The notes beneath the pieces were generated by a model, which saw only the letters and a program-made list of their open reading frames with translations, made no database searches and had not been told where the DNA came from. 64,000 bases of DNA from Patescibacteria group bacterium (GTDB taxonomy: Bacteria > Patescibacteriota > Microgenomatia > UBA8517): contig JALHYA010000008.1 in the NCBI GenBank assembly GCA_022868165.1, positions 38,444-102,443 on the forward strand, read 5' to 3'. A program made the translations under genes and the position numbers. This document shows, one piece after another, positions 8,670 to 18,028 of the stretch; positions within the stretch are counted from its first letter, which is position 1, and every line of letters begins with the position of its first letter.

Positions 8670-10136
8670 ATGAAACCTCGTCTAACTCTTGTCTATCCAT
8701 CTTATTCTAAAATGCTGGGTACCAACAAATACTATCGATATAATGTTTACGCCGGCCTAGGAAATATTCCCGAACGCCCACATATCGGCCTTGGCTATCT
8801 TTCTCAATATCTTCTCGACAAGGGCTATGACCACGATTTTATCGATATGAATCTTCTAAAATCATATTCTGAATTTAAAAAAAGAACCAAGCGTTATGCC
8901 CCCGATATTATCGGTCTTACGATGGTTACCCCCGGCTACCTTAAGGGCTACAAACTAATCAAAAGAATTAAAAAAGATTTCCCAAAAAGTAAGATAATAG
9001 TCGGCGGCCCCCACATCACCCTTGTTCTAACCAAATTATTCAAAGACTGCCCGGAAATTGATGTCGGGTTTGTTTCGGAAGCCGAGCAAAACTTAGTTGA
9101 TTACCTTAACCAAGGATGCCGCCCGGAAAAAATAAACGGAATTCTCTATAAAAAGGGTAAAAAGGTTTACTTTAATCCTCCGGTTCTAGAGCCGGACATT
9201 AACAAATTTCATTTTCCCAAATATGAAAAATTTGATCTCCCCCATTATTCCGGAATCGGTCTTTATACTTCCCGCGGCTGCCCTTTTAGGTGTATCTTTT
9301 GCAATGTCGAGTCATACAGACGCAAGGCCGTTCGAGTTCGCTCTGCAGAAAGTGTCTTGGCAGAAATAGATTACTGGTATAAAAAGGGGCAGTCCTTATT
9401 CCCAATTGAGGATGATAATTTTACCTTTAGCCGTCAGCGCACAATTGACCTTTGCAATGCAATTGAGAAACACCGTTACCCGAGCATTATTTTTGCTCTA
9501 GGCCAAGGGGTACGTGCCGATAAAGTGGATAAACGCCTACTCAAAAAAATGTACTCGGTAGGTTTTAAGTATATAACCATCCCCGCCGAAGCGGGCAACG
9601 ACAAAACTCTCCGCAGTCTTCGAAAAGGCGAAACAATAAAACAAATTGAATATGCTATTAAAAACGCTTGTGACTTGGGATTCGAGGTCAGAGTCTTATT
9701 CGTCGTTGGAGCGCCCGGAGAAACATGGAAAGACTTAGAAGATTCGTTTAAGTTGGCTCAGAAGTATCCCGTTATGTATTGTCGATTTAATAATCTGATG
9801 CCGATTCCGGGAACTGCGCTTTTCGATTGGGTTAAACAAGAAAAACTTTTTTTGCGTCCACCTGAAAAGTTTCTCAACAGCCACGACCTTGACTACACCG
9901 AACCTTTTTACCAGACACCCGAATTTAGCGCGGCCGAAAGAAAGCGGGCTATTATTGTTTCAGACCAAATTAACCAAAAGCTTTTTTATCGTTATCTCGC
10001 ACGCAAACTTTCGATTCTTGGGCCGTTCAAATATCCAACGGCTTTTATGGCCTCTCGTCGTTTCACACAATTGTTTTTAATTAAATATCCTTATCTTTAC
10101 AAAACCGCTCTACTTCTTCGCCGTAAAATGGCATAG
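8670..10136 (+). CDS. B12-binding-domain radical SAM enzyme (class B radical SAM)
   Basis: An N-terminal cobalamin-binding-like Rossmann segment (DIIGLTMVTPGY...KIIVGGPHITL) is followed by the canonical CPFRCIFC (CxxxCxxC) radical-SAM motif. Confidence 0.8.
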   Translation: MKPRLTLVYPSYSKMLGTNKYYRYNVYAGLGNIPERPHIGLGYLSQYLLDKGYDHDFIDMNLLKSYSEFKKRTKRYAPDIIGLTMVTPGYLKGYKLIKRIKKDFPKSKIIVGGPHITLVLTKLFKDCPEIDVGFVSEAEQNLVDYLNQGCRPEKINGILYKKGKKVYFNPPVLEPDINKFHFPKYEKFDLPHYSGIGLYTSRGCPFRCIFCNVESYRRKAVRVRSAESVLAEIDYWYKKGQSLFPIEDDNFTFSRQRTIDLCNAIEKHRYPSIIFALGQGVRADKVDKRLLKKMYSVGFKYITIPAEAGNDKTLRSLRKGETIKQIEYAIKNACDLGFEVRVLFVVGAPGETWKDLEDSFKLAQKYPVMYCRFNNLMPIPGTALFDWVKQEKLFLRPPEKFLNSHDLDYTEPFYQTPEFSAAERKRAIIVSDQINQKLFYRYLARKLSILGPFKYPTAFMASRRFTQLFLIKYPYLYKTALLLRRKMA

Positions 10137-10150
10137 TTGACTTATCTGCA

Positions 10151-10840
10151 TCAATAGCAGGCCTCAACAAATATTCTCTTTAATGGAAATTTTTCATTTA
10201 ACAAAAGACTCTCCGATTCTTTAATAAATTCTCCCGAGCCGCTTAAGTAAATTCCCGTATTGGAATAAGAAAATCCTTTGGCAATTTTTGAGATTGTGTT
10301 ATTTATATGCCCGGTTTCTCCCTTCCAATCTTTTTCGGGCTTAGATAAAATAATTTTAAATGAGAAATTTCGGTTGGCTTTTGCGTAAGACTTAAGTAAA
10401 TCTTCCAGCACAATATCTTTTTTAAATCTCAAACCCCAAAGAAAAAATATCTTCTTGTCTTTACTTTTTAAAAGCTCTTTAATCATGGGCAAAAAAGGTG
10501 CAATTCCACAACCTGTGGCTGCAAAAATATGATTGTCCAATCTTTTATTTAAGAGGAAATTCCCTCTTGGGTTTAACGTTTTGATGACTTGCCCCTTTTT
10601 AATAGATTTTAAATAGGTGGTCCCGGGACCTCCCGGCGAGATATCTACAAAGATATCCCAAAATGGAAGTTCTTCCGGAAGACTGGCGATGGAATAACAG
10701 CGAAAAATATTATCTTTAACTTTAATCGTCACAAATTGGCCAACTTTATATTTAAAATCCCGGTTTTTGGATTTTAATTTTATTAAGTTAAACTTCCCGT
10801 TGAGTACCTTATTCGATATTACCTCGTGTTCGGAAAACAT
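10151..10840 (-). CDS. Ferredoxin-NADP reductase-like FAD/NAD(P)-binding oxidoreductase
   Basis: FAD-binding RCYSIASLP (RxYS motif) and an NAD-binding AATGCGIAPFLPM region, as in FNR, PDR and AscD(E3)-type reductases. No fused ferredoxin domain. Confidence 0.65.
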   Translation of the reverse strand: MFSEHEVISNKVLNGKFNLIKLKSKNRDFKYKVGQFVTIKVKDNIFRCYSIASLPEELPFWDIFVDISPGGPGTTYLKSIKKGQVIKTLNPRGNFLLNKRLDNHIFAATGCGIAPFLPMIKELLKSKDKKIFFLWGLRFKKDIVLEDLLKSYAKANRNFSFKIILSKPEKDWKGETGHINNTISKIAKGFSYSNTGIYLSGSGEFIKESESLLLNEKFPLKRIFVEACY

Positions 10841-10894
10841 ATATTGACAATATCCGAATATAGATTAATGTCAATAGATGTACAGAATCTTTAA

Positions 10895-12079
10895 ATGAAA
10901 ACAATCTATTTTGACAACGCGGCAACAACTCCGGTCGATAAAAAAGTTATAAAAGAGATGTCTCCATTCTTCAATATCAGATATGGCAACTCATCTGAGT
11001 ACCATTCTCTAGGGCTAGATTCTAAAGCAGCAATTGAAGCCTCCAGGAGAAAAATTGCAAACTTTTTGGGATGTAAACCTTCGGAAATAATTTTTACATC
11101 CTCGGCGACCGAATCGATTAATCTTTCTCATAAGGGTTTAATTGAAAATATTCTCGAAGAGTTCAAGGGTTTGAAACTTAAGCCGCATATCATCACAACC
11201 CAAATCGAACATAAGGCGGTTTTGGAGACCTGTAGACACTTAGAAAAACTTGACTGGGCAGAAGTAACCTATCTTCCGGTTGACACCCACGGTCTAATAA
11301 AACTAAGTACGCTCAAAAAGATGATAAGGGAAAACACTGTTTTGGTATCTATTATGTATGTTAATAATGAGGTCGGGACAATTGAACCCGTTTCGGATAT
11401 AGGAAAATTGATTAAAAAAGAAAATCTTAAACGAAAACATAAGATACTTTTCCATACGGATGCGACTCAAGCAGTTCAATATCTGGATTGCAAAGTAAAT
11501 AAGCTTGGAGTCGATTTTCTTTCTTTAACTGGACATAAAATTTATGCCCCAAAGGGGATCGGAGCTCTTTTTGTCCGCAAGGGGATTTCCCTAATCCGCC
11601 AAATCGACGGAGGTGCACAGGAAAATGGTTTGAGATCAAGCACGGAAAATGTCCCCTACATCGTTGCTCTGGGAGCAGCCATAGAGCAAATCAAAAAACA
11701 AAAATCTCGTGCAAACGTCAAAAAGAACCGCGATTTCTTAATAAAACAGGTTTTGCAAATCCCCGGAGTAATTCTTACGGGGCACCCCAAATCGCGGGCA
11801 CCACACATTGCGTCTTTTATTATTAAGGGTATCGAAGGAGAATCTGTAGTTCTTAGACTTTCTGAAGAGGGAATCTATGCATCATCCGGTTCTGCTTGCA
11901 CCTCTGCAAGTCTAGAACCTTCGCATGTATTAACGGCGATGGGCTTTATCCCCGAAGAAAGCCATGGTTCAATTAGACTTTCCTTGGGAAAAAATTCTAC
12001 AAAAAGTGAGGTCTTATTTTTAATGTCTAAATTGCCGAAAATAATTGAGGATTTAAGAAAAATGTCCCCACTAAACTAA
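10895..12079 (+). CDS. nifS: Cysteine desulfurase (NifS/IscS family, PLP-dependent)
   Basis: N-terminal IYFDNAATTPVDKKV, PLP-lysine context SLTGHKIYAPKGIGALFVRKG and an active-site Cys loop SSGSACTSASLEPSHVL. Confidence 0.85.
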   Translation: MKTIYFDNAATTPVDKKVIKEMSPFFNIRYGNSSEYHSLGLDSKAAIEASRRKIANFLGCKPSEIIFTSSATESINLSHKGLIENILEEFKGLKLKPHIITTQIEHKAVLETCRHLEKLDWAEVTYLPVDTHGLIKLSTLKKMIRENTVLVSIMYVNNEVGTIEPVSDIGKLIKKENLKRKHKILFHTDATQAVQYLDCKVNKLGVDFLSLTGHKIYAPKGIGALFVRKGISLIRQIDGGAQENGLRSSTENVPYIVALGAAIEQIKKQKSRANVKKNRDFLIKQVLQIPGVILTGHPKSRAPHIASFIIKGIEGESVVLRLSEEGIYASSGSACTSASLEPSHVLTAMGFIPEESHGSIRLSLGKNSTKSEVLFLMSKLPKIIEDLRKMSPLN

Positions 12080-12083
12080 ACCT

Positions 12084-12500
12084 ATGGAAGATTTTTCTGA
12101 ATATTATTCGCCTCTTGTTTTGAAACACGTTTCCAAGCCTCAAAATATGGGAAAAATAAAAAACCCGGATGGGGTTGCAATGGTTGGTAACCCTGTCTGC
12201 GGAGATATTATGAAATATTATATTAAGGTTGAGAACAAAAAAGGAACTCTCTATATAAAAGATATTAAATTTCAGACTCTCGGATGCGGGGCGGCTATCG
12301 CAACTTCAAGCATCCTAACCACTTTAGTCAAAGGAAAATCACTTAATGAGGCGTTGAAAGTTACTAAAGGCACTATAGTGAAAGTTCTGGGTGGGCTACC
12401 GACCGCCAAGATACATTGTTCTGTTCTAGCAGACGAGTGTTTTAATCTGGCCGTTAAAAACTACAAACAGAAGTTAAAAACCAAACGTCAGCGAAAATAA
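12084..12500 (+). CDS. nifU: Fe-S cluster assembly scaffold (NifU/IscU-like)
   Basis: Three conserved Cys in IscU spacing (GNPVCGDIM..., TLGCGAAIATSS, KIHCSVLADE). Directly downstream of nifS. Confidence 0.75.
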   Translation: MEDFSEYYSPLVLKHVSKPQNMGKIKNPDGVAMVGNPVCGDIMKYYIKVENKKGTLYIKDIKFQTLGCGAAIATSSILTTLVKGKSLNEALKVTKGTIVKVLGGLPTAKIHCSVLADECFNLAVKNYKQKLKTKRQRK

Positions 12501-12506
12501 CTGGAG

Positions 12507-13604
12507 CTACTTTTCAAAAAATTTCTTGATCGCCCTTACAACCTCATCAACTTGCGCTTGCGTCATCATAATATGGCAAGGCAAAGAAACAACACTTTTA
12601 GCCAACATTCTGCAAACAGGTATTTTTGCTTTTCCGTAATCTTTTTTCAGAAAAGGTTGGTCCGGGATTGGAACCGGGAAATGAATTAAAGTAGGAATCC
12701 CCTTAGTGGCCAAATATTTTCTCAGCTCGTCTCTTTTAGAAGTTTTTATCACAAATTGATGAAAATTCGAATCGTCCCATTTTTCAGGAAGTATTAGCTT
12801 TAAACCTTTAATATTTTTAAGTTTCTCTATATACCTTTTTGCAATTTTTCTCTTTTTCCTATTATCTTGGTTCAGATATTTTAATTTGACTCTTAAAAGT
12901 GTGGCCTGTAGTTCATCCAATCTGCTATTCAAGCCATATCTTAGGTGTACATATTTAGACTCTTGTCCGTAGTCGCGAATTTCGGCACAGATTTTCGCAA
13001 CCTTTTTGTTGTTAGTAACAATAGCACCAGCATCTCCGAAGGCTCCCAGATTTTTAGTCGGATAGAAACTAAAGCACCCGACATCTCCAAAAGTTCCCAA
13101 TATTTTCCCCTTGCATATTGAGCCGTGAGCTTGGGCTGTGTCTTCTATCAAAAATAGGTCGTGTTTCTTACAAATTTCCTTAATCTTATCTATCTCTGCC
13201 GGCTGCCCATAAAGATGCACCGGCATTACAGCTTTGGTTTTCTTTGTAATAGCTTTTTCTATTAAATCGGCGTTTATTTGGGCCACTTCGTTGGCATCTA
13301 CAAAGACCGGTTTAGCTCCAGCTGCGATTATTGAAAGCGTAGTCGCTACCGCCGAAAGAGGTGTTGTTATTACTTCATCGCCCTTGCCTATGCCTAAAGC
13401 CATTAAGGATATTTGAAGCGCTTCCAAACCATTTCCGACCCCTATGCAATATTTGACTTTCAGATACTCTGAAAATTCTCCTTCAAATTTTTTGACCTCT
13501 TCTCCTAAAATGTACCAACCCGAGTGTAAAACTCTTCGAAAAGCTTTGTCATATTCGCTAAACCTTAGCTCTGCCTCTTTTGGAAAATCGTTAAACTTTA
13601 CCAT
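12507..13604 (-). CDS. DegT/DnrJ/EryC1/StrS-family PLP-dependent nucleotide-sugar aminotransferase
   Basis: Motifs ...CIGVGNGLEALQ..., ...FSFYPTKNLGAFGDAGAIVT... and a 365 aa length typical of sugar aminotransferases (ArnB/WecE/FdtB/PseC family). Confidence 0.85.
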   Translation of the reverse strand: MVKFNDFPKEAELRFSEYDKAFRRVLHSGWYILGEEVKKFEGEFSEYLKVKYCIGVGNGLEALQISLMALGIGKGDEVITTPLSAVATTLSIIAAGAKPVFVDANEVAQINADLIEKAITKKTKAVMPVHLYGQPAEIDKIKEICKKHDLFLIEDTAQAHGSICKGKILGTFGDVGCFSFYPTKNLGAFGDAGAIVTNNKKVAKICAEIRDYGQESKYVHLRYGLNSRLDELQATLLRVKLKYLNQDNRKKRKIAKRYIEKLKNIKGLKLILPEKWDDSNFHQFVIKTSKRDELRKYLATKGIPTLIHFPVPIPDQPFLKKDYGKAKIPVCRMLAKSVVSLPCHIMMTQAQVDEVVRAIKKFFEK

Positions 13605-14028
13605 GTGTTTTTACCCTCTTCTTCAACATATATCTAAACTGTTCATAATCTCGAATATAATCCCCGGGGTCAAATATTTTAGAGGCCAAGACCAGCAGTA
13701 TTGTGTTCTTATCCATATCCAACATCTCGTGCCAAACCATAGGTTCTAACATCATTCCATCCTCAGGGTTTGTCAAAACAATTTCTTCCCTATCCTTTCC
13801 ATCATCGACAACCATTCTTACCTTTCCTTTTATACAAAACAAAATTTGTCGTGTCGTTTTGTGGACGTGTTTTCCCCTTGGAAGGCCCGGCAATGCGGAA
13901 AAAATATAATAAATTCTTTTTATCTCAAAGGGGATTTGGTCCGGATATTGGGCGAAACACAAAAAAGCATCATCGTATATTTTCGGTACTTTAATAATAT
14001 GAATTAGACTTTTTTTGTTTTTGGCCAT
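13591..14028 (-). CDS. fdtA: dTDP-4-dehydro-6-deoxyhexose 3,4-ketoisomerase (FdtA/QdtA, WxcM-like cupin)
   Basis: KRIYYIFSALPGLPRGKHVHKTTRQ...MVWHEM...LVLASKIFDPGDYIRDYEQF closely matches FdtA motifs (KRVYYIF, PRGxHAHK, AVWHEM, LASDxYDxxDYIR). Confidence 0.8.
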   Translation of the reverse strand: MAKNKKSLIHIIKVPKIYDDAFLCFAQYPDQIPFEIKRIYYIFSALPGLPRGKHVHKTTRQILFCIKGKVRMVVDDGKDREEIVLTNPEDGMMLEPMVWHEMLDMDKNTILLVLASKIFDPGDYIRDYEQFRYMLKKRVKTHGKV

Positions 14029-15023
14029 AGATAACTTCTAGCCCTCCAATAAACCGGGCCAATAAGCCTTGATAACGAATTTTTGACCTTTTGGCCAGAT
14101 TCAATTCTGGGTCCGACAATTGTAAATGAAGCGTCTATTTTTCTCAACTTAAGAAGCTGTTTTCCAATCTCTTCTTTATATGGTTCGTAAATTACATCTA
14201 ATGTGGTCTTTTTTAGATTGTAACCATGTGTATTTTCGAAGGAGTTGTCTCCTAATATTTGAAATTGGTGAAAATGATAACAAATTAACCGGGAGCAGTT
14301 TATGTAAATTTGGCCTTTCTTTTCGCTTACCTTATATTGGCCAATGTTCCACGGCGCGGCATCTATACCTATATTTTTGGAAATCTGAAGTCCCTTGTAG
14401 AGTTTGGGCCACTCATTCAGGTAGAGTTGGTCTCCCAGTTTTCCGTCTTCAAGTCTCCAATAACACCAATCCAAACATTGCCTTCTCCATCTTTTTAAAC
14501 ATTTAATGCCTTCGACATCTTTCCTAAAAATCTGAAAAGCGACATTAAATCTCCCCGAAGTTCCTATTTTCGATTCTTCACCCTTGGGAAATCTATGTTC
14601 AACGGAATAGATAGACTTATTTCCCATTTCCCTGTAAACGGGACTTACCGGAGAATAAAAATATAAATCGGCATCTAAATAACATACATACTCAATCTCT
14701 GGATTTTTTCTAAAAATATATAAAGGTAAAGACGGGGTGGATGTCCAATAATACTCGATCATTGTTCTGGTTTTCTTTGCCTTCAACAACGCTTTATCTT
14801 CAAAGTCTTTAAGTTTTATTACTTTAACTCCCTTTAGCTTGAGTTTTTCCAAAATTTTTCTGGTATAGTCGTCGAAAGCTAAAATCCAAAGTCTTGCGTC
14901 GGGATTGCGTCTTATAAAAGACGCGTGCATGGACAATCCCTTTAAAAGGTATCCCTTGTCAAAATATGTACAATAAATAATGTTTTTTGAGGTGGGTGTC
15001 ATTAAATTAGTTTCTGCATTCAA
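14004..15023 (-). CDS. Putative GT-A fold glycosyltransferase (DxD-containing, nucleotide-diphospho-sugar transferase-like)
   Basis: Soluble 339 aa protein with YLDADLYF (DxD). I recognise no clear family, so the GT8/GT32-like assignment is tentative. Confidence 0.35.
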   Translation of the reverse strand: MNAETNLMTPTSKNIIYCTYFDKGYLLKGLSMHASFIRRNPDARLWILAFDDYTRKILEKLKLKGVKVIKLKDFEDKALLKAKKTRTMIEYYWTSTPSLPLYIFRKNPEIEYVCYLDADLYFYSPVSPVYREMGNKSIYSVEHRFPKGEESKIGTSGRFNVAFQIFRKDVEGIKCLKRWRRQCLDWCYWRLEDGKLGDQLYLNEWPKLYKGLQISKNIGIDAAPWNIGQYKVSEKKGQIYINCSRLICYHFHQFQILGDNSFENTHGYNLKKTTLDVIYEPYKEEIGKQLLKLRKIDASFTIVGPRIESGQKVKNSLSRLIGPVYWRARSYLWPKTKKV

Positions 15024-15747
15024 AATAGCACTCCAGTCTCCCTGGCCAATTTGAAGTATAAGTTTTAACTCGTTTAAATTTTATCCCCAGAAATTTATTT
15101 AAATCTTTTACCGAGGAGAATTCGTTTTTATGTTCCATATTATGATAACCTTTATCAGAAAATACCGGTGTTGAACCCATCAGAAGTCCATCCGGTTTCA
15201 TCATTTTCCTAATTTTTTCTAGCAATAATAATCCATCGCGTTTTGAGAAGTGCTCAATCACAGCAAATAACAAAATTAAATCAAATTTTTTGTCCTTGGG
15301 CTCCCACTTTAAAATATTTCGATTGATAAACGTTACATTAGACCGGTTGTAATATCTTTTTGCGTGGCTAATGGCACGAGAGTCAAGGTCTATAGCCAAC
15401 ACTTCCTTCGCTACGGCAGAATAAAAAAGGCCACTAAAAATACCGTCGCCGCATCCGATATCGAGCACGCTGCTGTTTTTCTTTATAACTCTATTGACAA
15501 AAAATGCTCTCTCGAGCCAAAAAATATTATCTATTCCTCTTAAATAATCAAAACGATGATCAAACCAGCTAATACCTTGCAAGCTCCAAATAGATGTATA
15601 AAATCTCCCAATTAATCTTGAAAAACGGATTAATAAATCAGCACTTCTGCTTAAAAGAAAAAACTGAAATTTGCCAAAACGATATACGATTTTCGATAAA
15701 AAGCGGTTCTTTAAAAAAATAAAAACTTTTATTTTATCTTTCATCAA
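15007..15747 (-). CDS. Class I SAM-dependent methyltransferase
   Basis: VLDIGCGDGIFSG (motif I) and ...ILLFAVIEH... (motif II). Confidence 0.7.
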   Translation of the reverse strand: MMKDKIKVFIFLKNRFLSKIVYRFGKFQFFLLSRSADLLIRFSRLIGRFYTSIWSLQGISWFDHRFDYLRGIDNIFWLERAFFVNRVIKKNSSVLDIGCGDGIFSGLFYSAVAKEVLAIDLDSRAISHAKRYYNRSNVTFINRNILKWEPKDKKFDLILLFAVIEHFSKRDGLLLLEKIRKMMKPDGLLMGSTPVFSDKGYHNMEHKNEFSSVKDLNKFLGIKFKRVKTYTSNWPGRLECYFECRN

Positions 15748-15759
15748 ATTGTTGTTGGC

Positions 15760-16875
15760 TTATAAATATTTTTCTATTATTTCTGCAAGTTCTTTCATTC
15801 TTTTTGGGTAACCATGTTCCTTGAGAGTCCTTATTTGACCGGCGTCGGCAATTTTTTTCCTCTTCTCGTCCTTTTTCAAAAAATATTTGACCTCTTGGAT
15901 TATATCTAAAGCGTTCCTATAAGAAATCATTTCTCTACCGTCGATAAACAAATCATTTAAATTTTTCTTATAATCTGTCAGTAGCATAGTTCCCATTCCC
16001 GTTGCCTCATATAATCGCATATTGTTCGCATATTTCCCGGAAACACTAATGTGCCTGTTGAGAACGATTTTGCTTTGTGCCAGTATCTTGTACATTTCAA
16101 GTCCCCAGGCTTCGCCATGATAATTTTTCCGAAGAGGAGATAACGGCGATAAAAATTCGATTCCCTGTCCCCAAACATGAATCGGGATTTGCTTTGCTAC
16201 TTCCTCCAAAATCTTTGTTCCTTTTCGATGATATGGAGTGAAACTTCCAATAAATGTAACATTATAAATTCTTTCTTGCTTGCCGACCTTTTTTAAAACT
16301 CTTGGTTCGAAGGCTAATTTGTGGTATTCGCTTTTTATTCCCATTTTGCGAAACATTTTTACGTAGTGAGGAAAGGAAGTAATTATCAAATCAAAACATT
16401 TTAAATTTTCTTTCGAAGGCAGCGGGCTGGCAATTTGACCAACCAACAGGCGGCAATATTTTTTAACTTTGTTAAGCGCTTGCAGGGACAACACCCCTAA
16501 GTTTTGGAAATATACAACATCGGCATCGGCTCTTTTTATTTGCTCCAAAGCTATTTGCTCTAGCCAACTGGGTTGGCCCAGTATTTTATTTACATAAGGA
16601 AGAGCCTGAAACTTTGAAAGAATATTATCTCTTCCAATTTTTAGGCCGTTTTCGTCTGCCCACTTTTTCTGAAGAATTTCATCGTTTATTATCAAATCTT
16701 CCGCATCATAACCAAGTTTCCTTAAGTTAAACGAAAAAAAGTCCGATGTTCCAAAAGAACTAGCCAATAAATTTAAATGAATTTGTTTGTAGCTTTTCCG
16801 AATAAGCGATTCGTTCTTTCGCCAAAAGCTTTTTAGAAAATCGGGATAATAAGTATCAACAAAGATAATTTTCAT
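15760..16875 (-). CDS. CgeB-like glycosyltransferase (Glyco_trans_1_2 family, GT-B)
   Basis: C-terminal ...NRHISVSGKYANNMRLYEATGMGTMLLTD... resembles the conserved CgeB/DUF3880 GT region. Confidence 0.45.
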   Translation of the reverse strand: MKIIFVDTYYPDFLKSFWRKNESLIRKSYKQIHLNLLASSFGTSDFFSFNLRKLGYDAEDLIINDEILQKKWADENGLKIGRDNILSKFQALPYVNKILGQPSWLEQIALEQIKRADADVVYFQNLGVLSLQALNKVKKYCRLLVGQIASPLPSKENLKCFDLIITSFPHYVKMFRKMGIKSEYHKLAFEPRVLKKVGKQERIYNVTFIGSFTPYHRKGTKILEEVAKQIPIHVWGQGIEFLSPLSPLRKNYHGEAWGLEMYKILAQSKIVLNRHISVSGKYANNMRLYEATGMGTMLLTDYKKNLNDLFIDGREMISYRNALDIIQEVKYFLKKDEKRKKIADAGQIRTLKEHGYPKRMKELAEIIEKYL

Positions 16876-16876
16876 T

Positions 16877-18028
16877 TTAGTTATCTAAAATTTTTCTAAG
16901 GTTGTGGGCTTCGACAGTCTGCGAAAAATATTTGATTACTCTTTTTCTTCCTTCATTGCCCATCTTGCTTCTAAGTTCTGCATCGTTCCCTAATTTTACA
17001 AATGCTTTTGCTTGCGCTTCCACATCACCCGGATTAATAAGAATCCCAGTTTTATTGTTTACAACTGTTTCTGCTGGTCCACCACTAGTCGTTGCGACTA
17101 CCGGAATCCCGTAAGACATAGCTTCTAATATTGCAACTCCTAAGGCTTCTGTTTGATGCGACTTTTCTCCTTTAATATTATGCTCGGTAAATATATCTGT
17201 ATCCTTAAATAACGAGATTGCGGTCGGCCTATCTACCGCTCCTAAGATTTTTATTCTTTCCGAATATTTAGATTTATTTCTAATTGACAAACATCTATCT
17301 CTTAATTCTCCATCTCCGGCAATAACAAGATCTCCGGCAAACCCCATTTCGCATGCTCTTTCGAACGCCATGGTGGTTCTGTCTGGAGATTTAAAATCTA
17401 CCAATCGACCTAGATGAAGAATTTGAACACGACCGTTTTTTTTATGCACAACTTTATGCGATGGGATTTGCACACCTAAATATTTAACGACAATTCTTTC
17501 TGGTAAAATCCCAAAATCCTTTACTAAAATTCTTTTTGTATATTTTGAGTTTGCAAGGAGGATTGCCCTCTGCGAGAGATCTCTTATTCCATTTTTGTAA
17601 TCCTTACTGAAATGTTTCTTTTGAGGATTGTTATCTTCTCTGATATCCAAATGGATATCGTAACCATGGAAGTGAACAAAAACTTTAATGCTCCTGTTCT
17701 TTTCCCAAACATCAGTAAACCGCAAAGCAAAATCCCCATAATTGACCAAAACAGTATTAATTTTGTAATGATAAATAACATTATTGATAATTTCGCTTGG
17801 TGTAAGCGCCACTTTTTTCCCTAATAGACGAGAGAGAAGCCTTCTAACGGCAGTTTCGTAATTTGAAAGACAAATTATAGGAATAGAATTTTTCCAAAAT
17901 CTGTCACGGCCACTATTCCACAAACAAATTACCTTTAACTGTTTTCCCAAGTCATCCATCATGTTGTCCATCCAACTTTCAGAAAAAGTTTTCCAATTAG
18001 GCCTTAGAAATAAAACATTATTATTCAT
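16877..18028 (-). CDS. GT4-family glycosyltransferase (GT-B, retaining)
   Basis: EX7E-type motif EALGVAILEAMSYGIPVVATTSGGPAETV and upstream GRLVDFKSPD. Start is likely the ATG at 18026-18028, which overlaps the FkbM stop (ATGAATAA). Confidence 0.8.
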   Translation of the reverse strand: MNNNVLFLRPNWKTFSESWMDNMMDDLGKQLKVICLWNSGRDRFWKNSIPIICLSNYETAVRRLLSRLLGKKVALTPSEIINNVIYHYKINTVLVNYGDFALRFTDVWEKNRSIKVFVHFHGYDIHLDIREDNNPQKKHFSKDYKNGIRDLSQRAILLANSKYTKRILVKDFGILPERIVVKYLGVQIPSHKVVHKKNGRVQILHLGRLVDFKSPDRTTMAFERACEMGFAGDLVIAGDGELRDRCLSIRNKSKYSERIKILGAVDRPTAISLFKDTDIFTEHNIKGEKSHQTEALGVAILEAMSYGIPVVATTSGGPAETVVNNKTGILINPGDVEAQAKAFVKLGNDAELRSKMGNEGRKRVIKYFSQTVEAHNLRKILDN

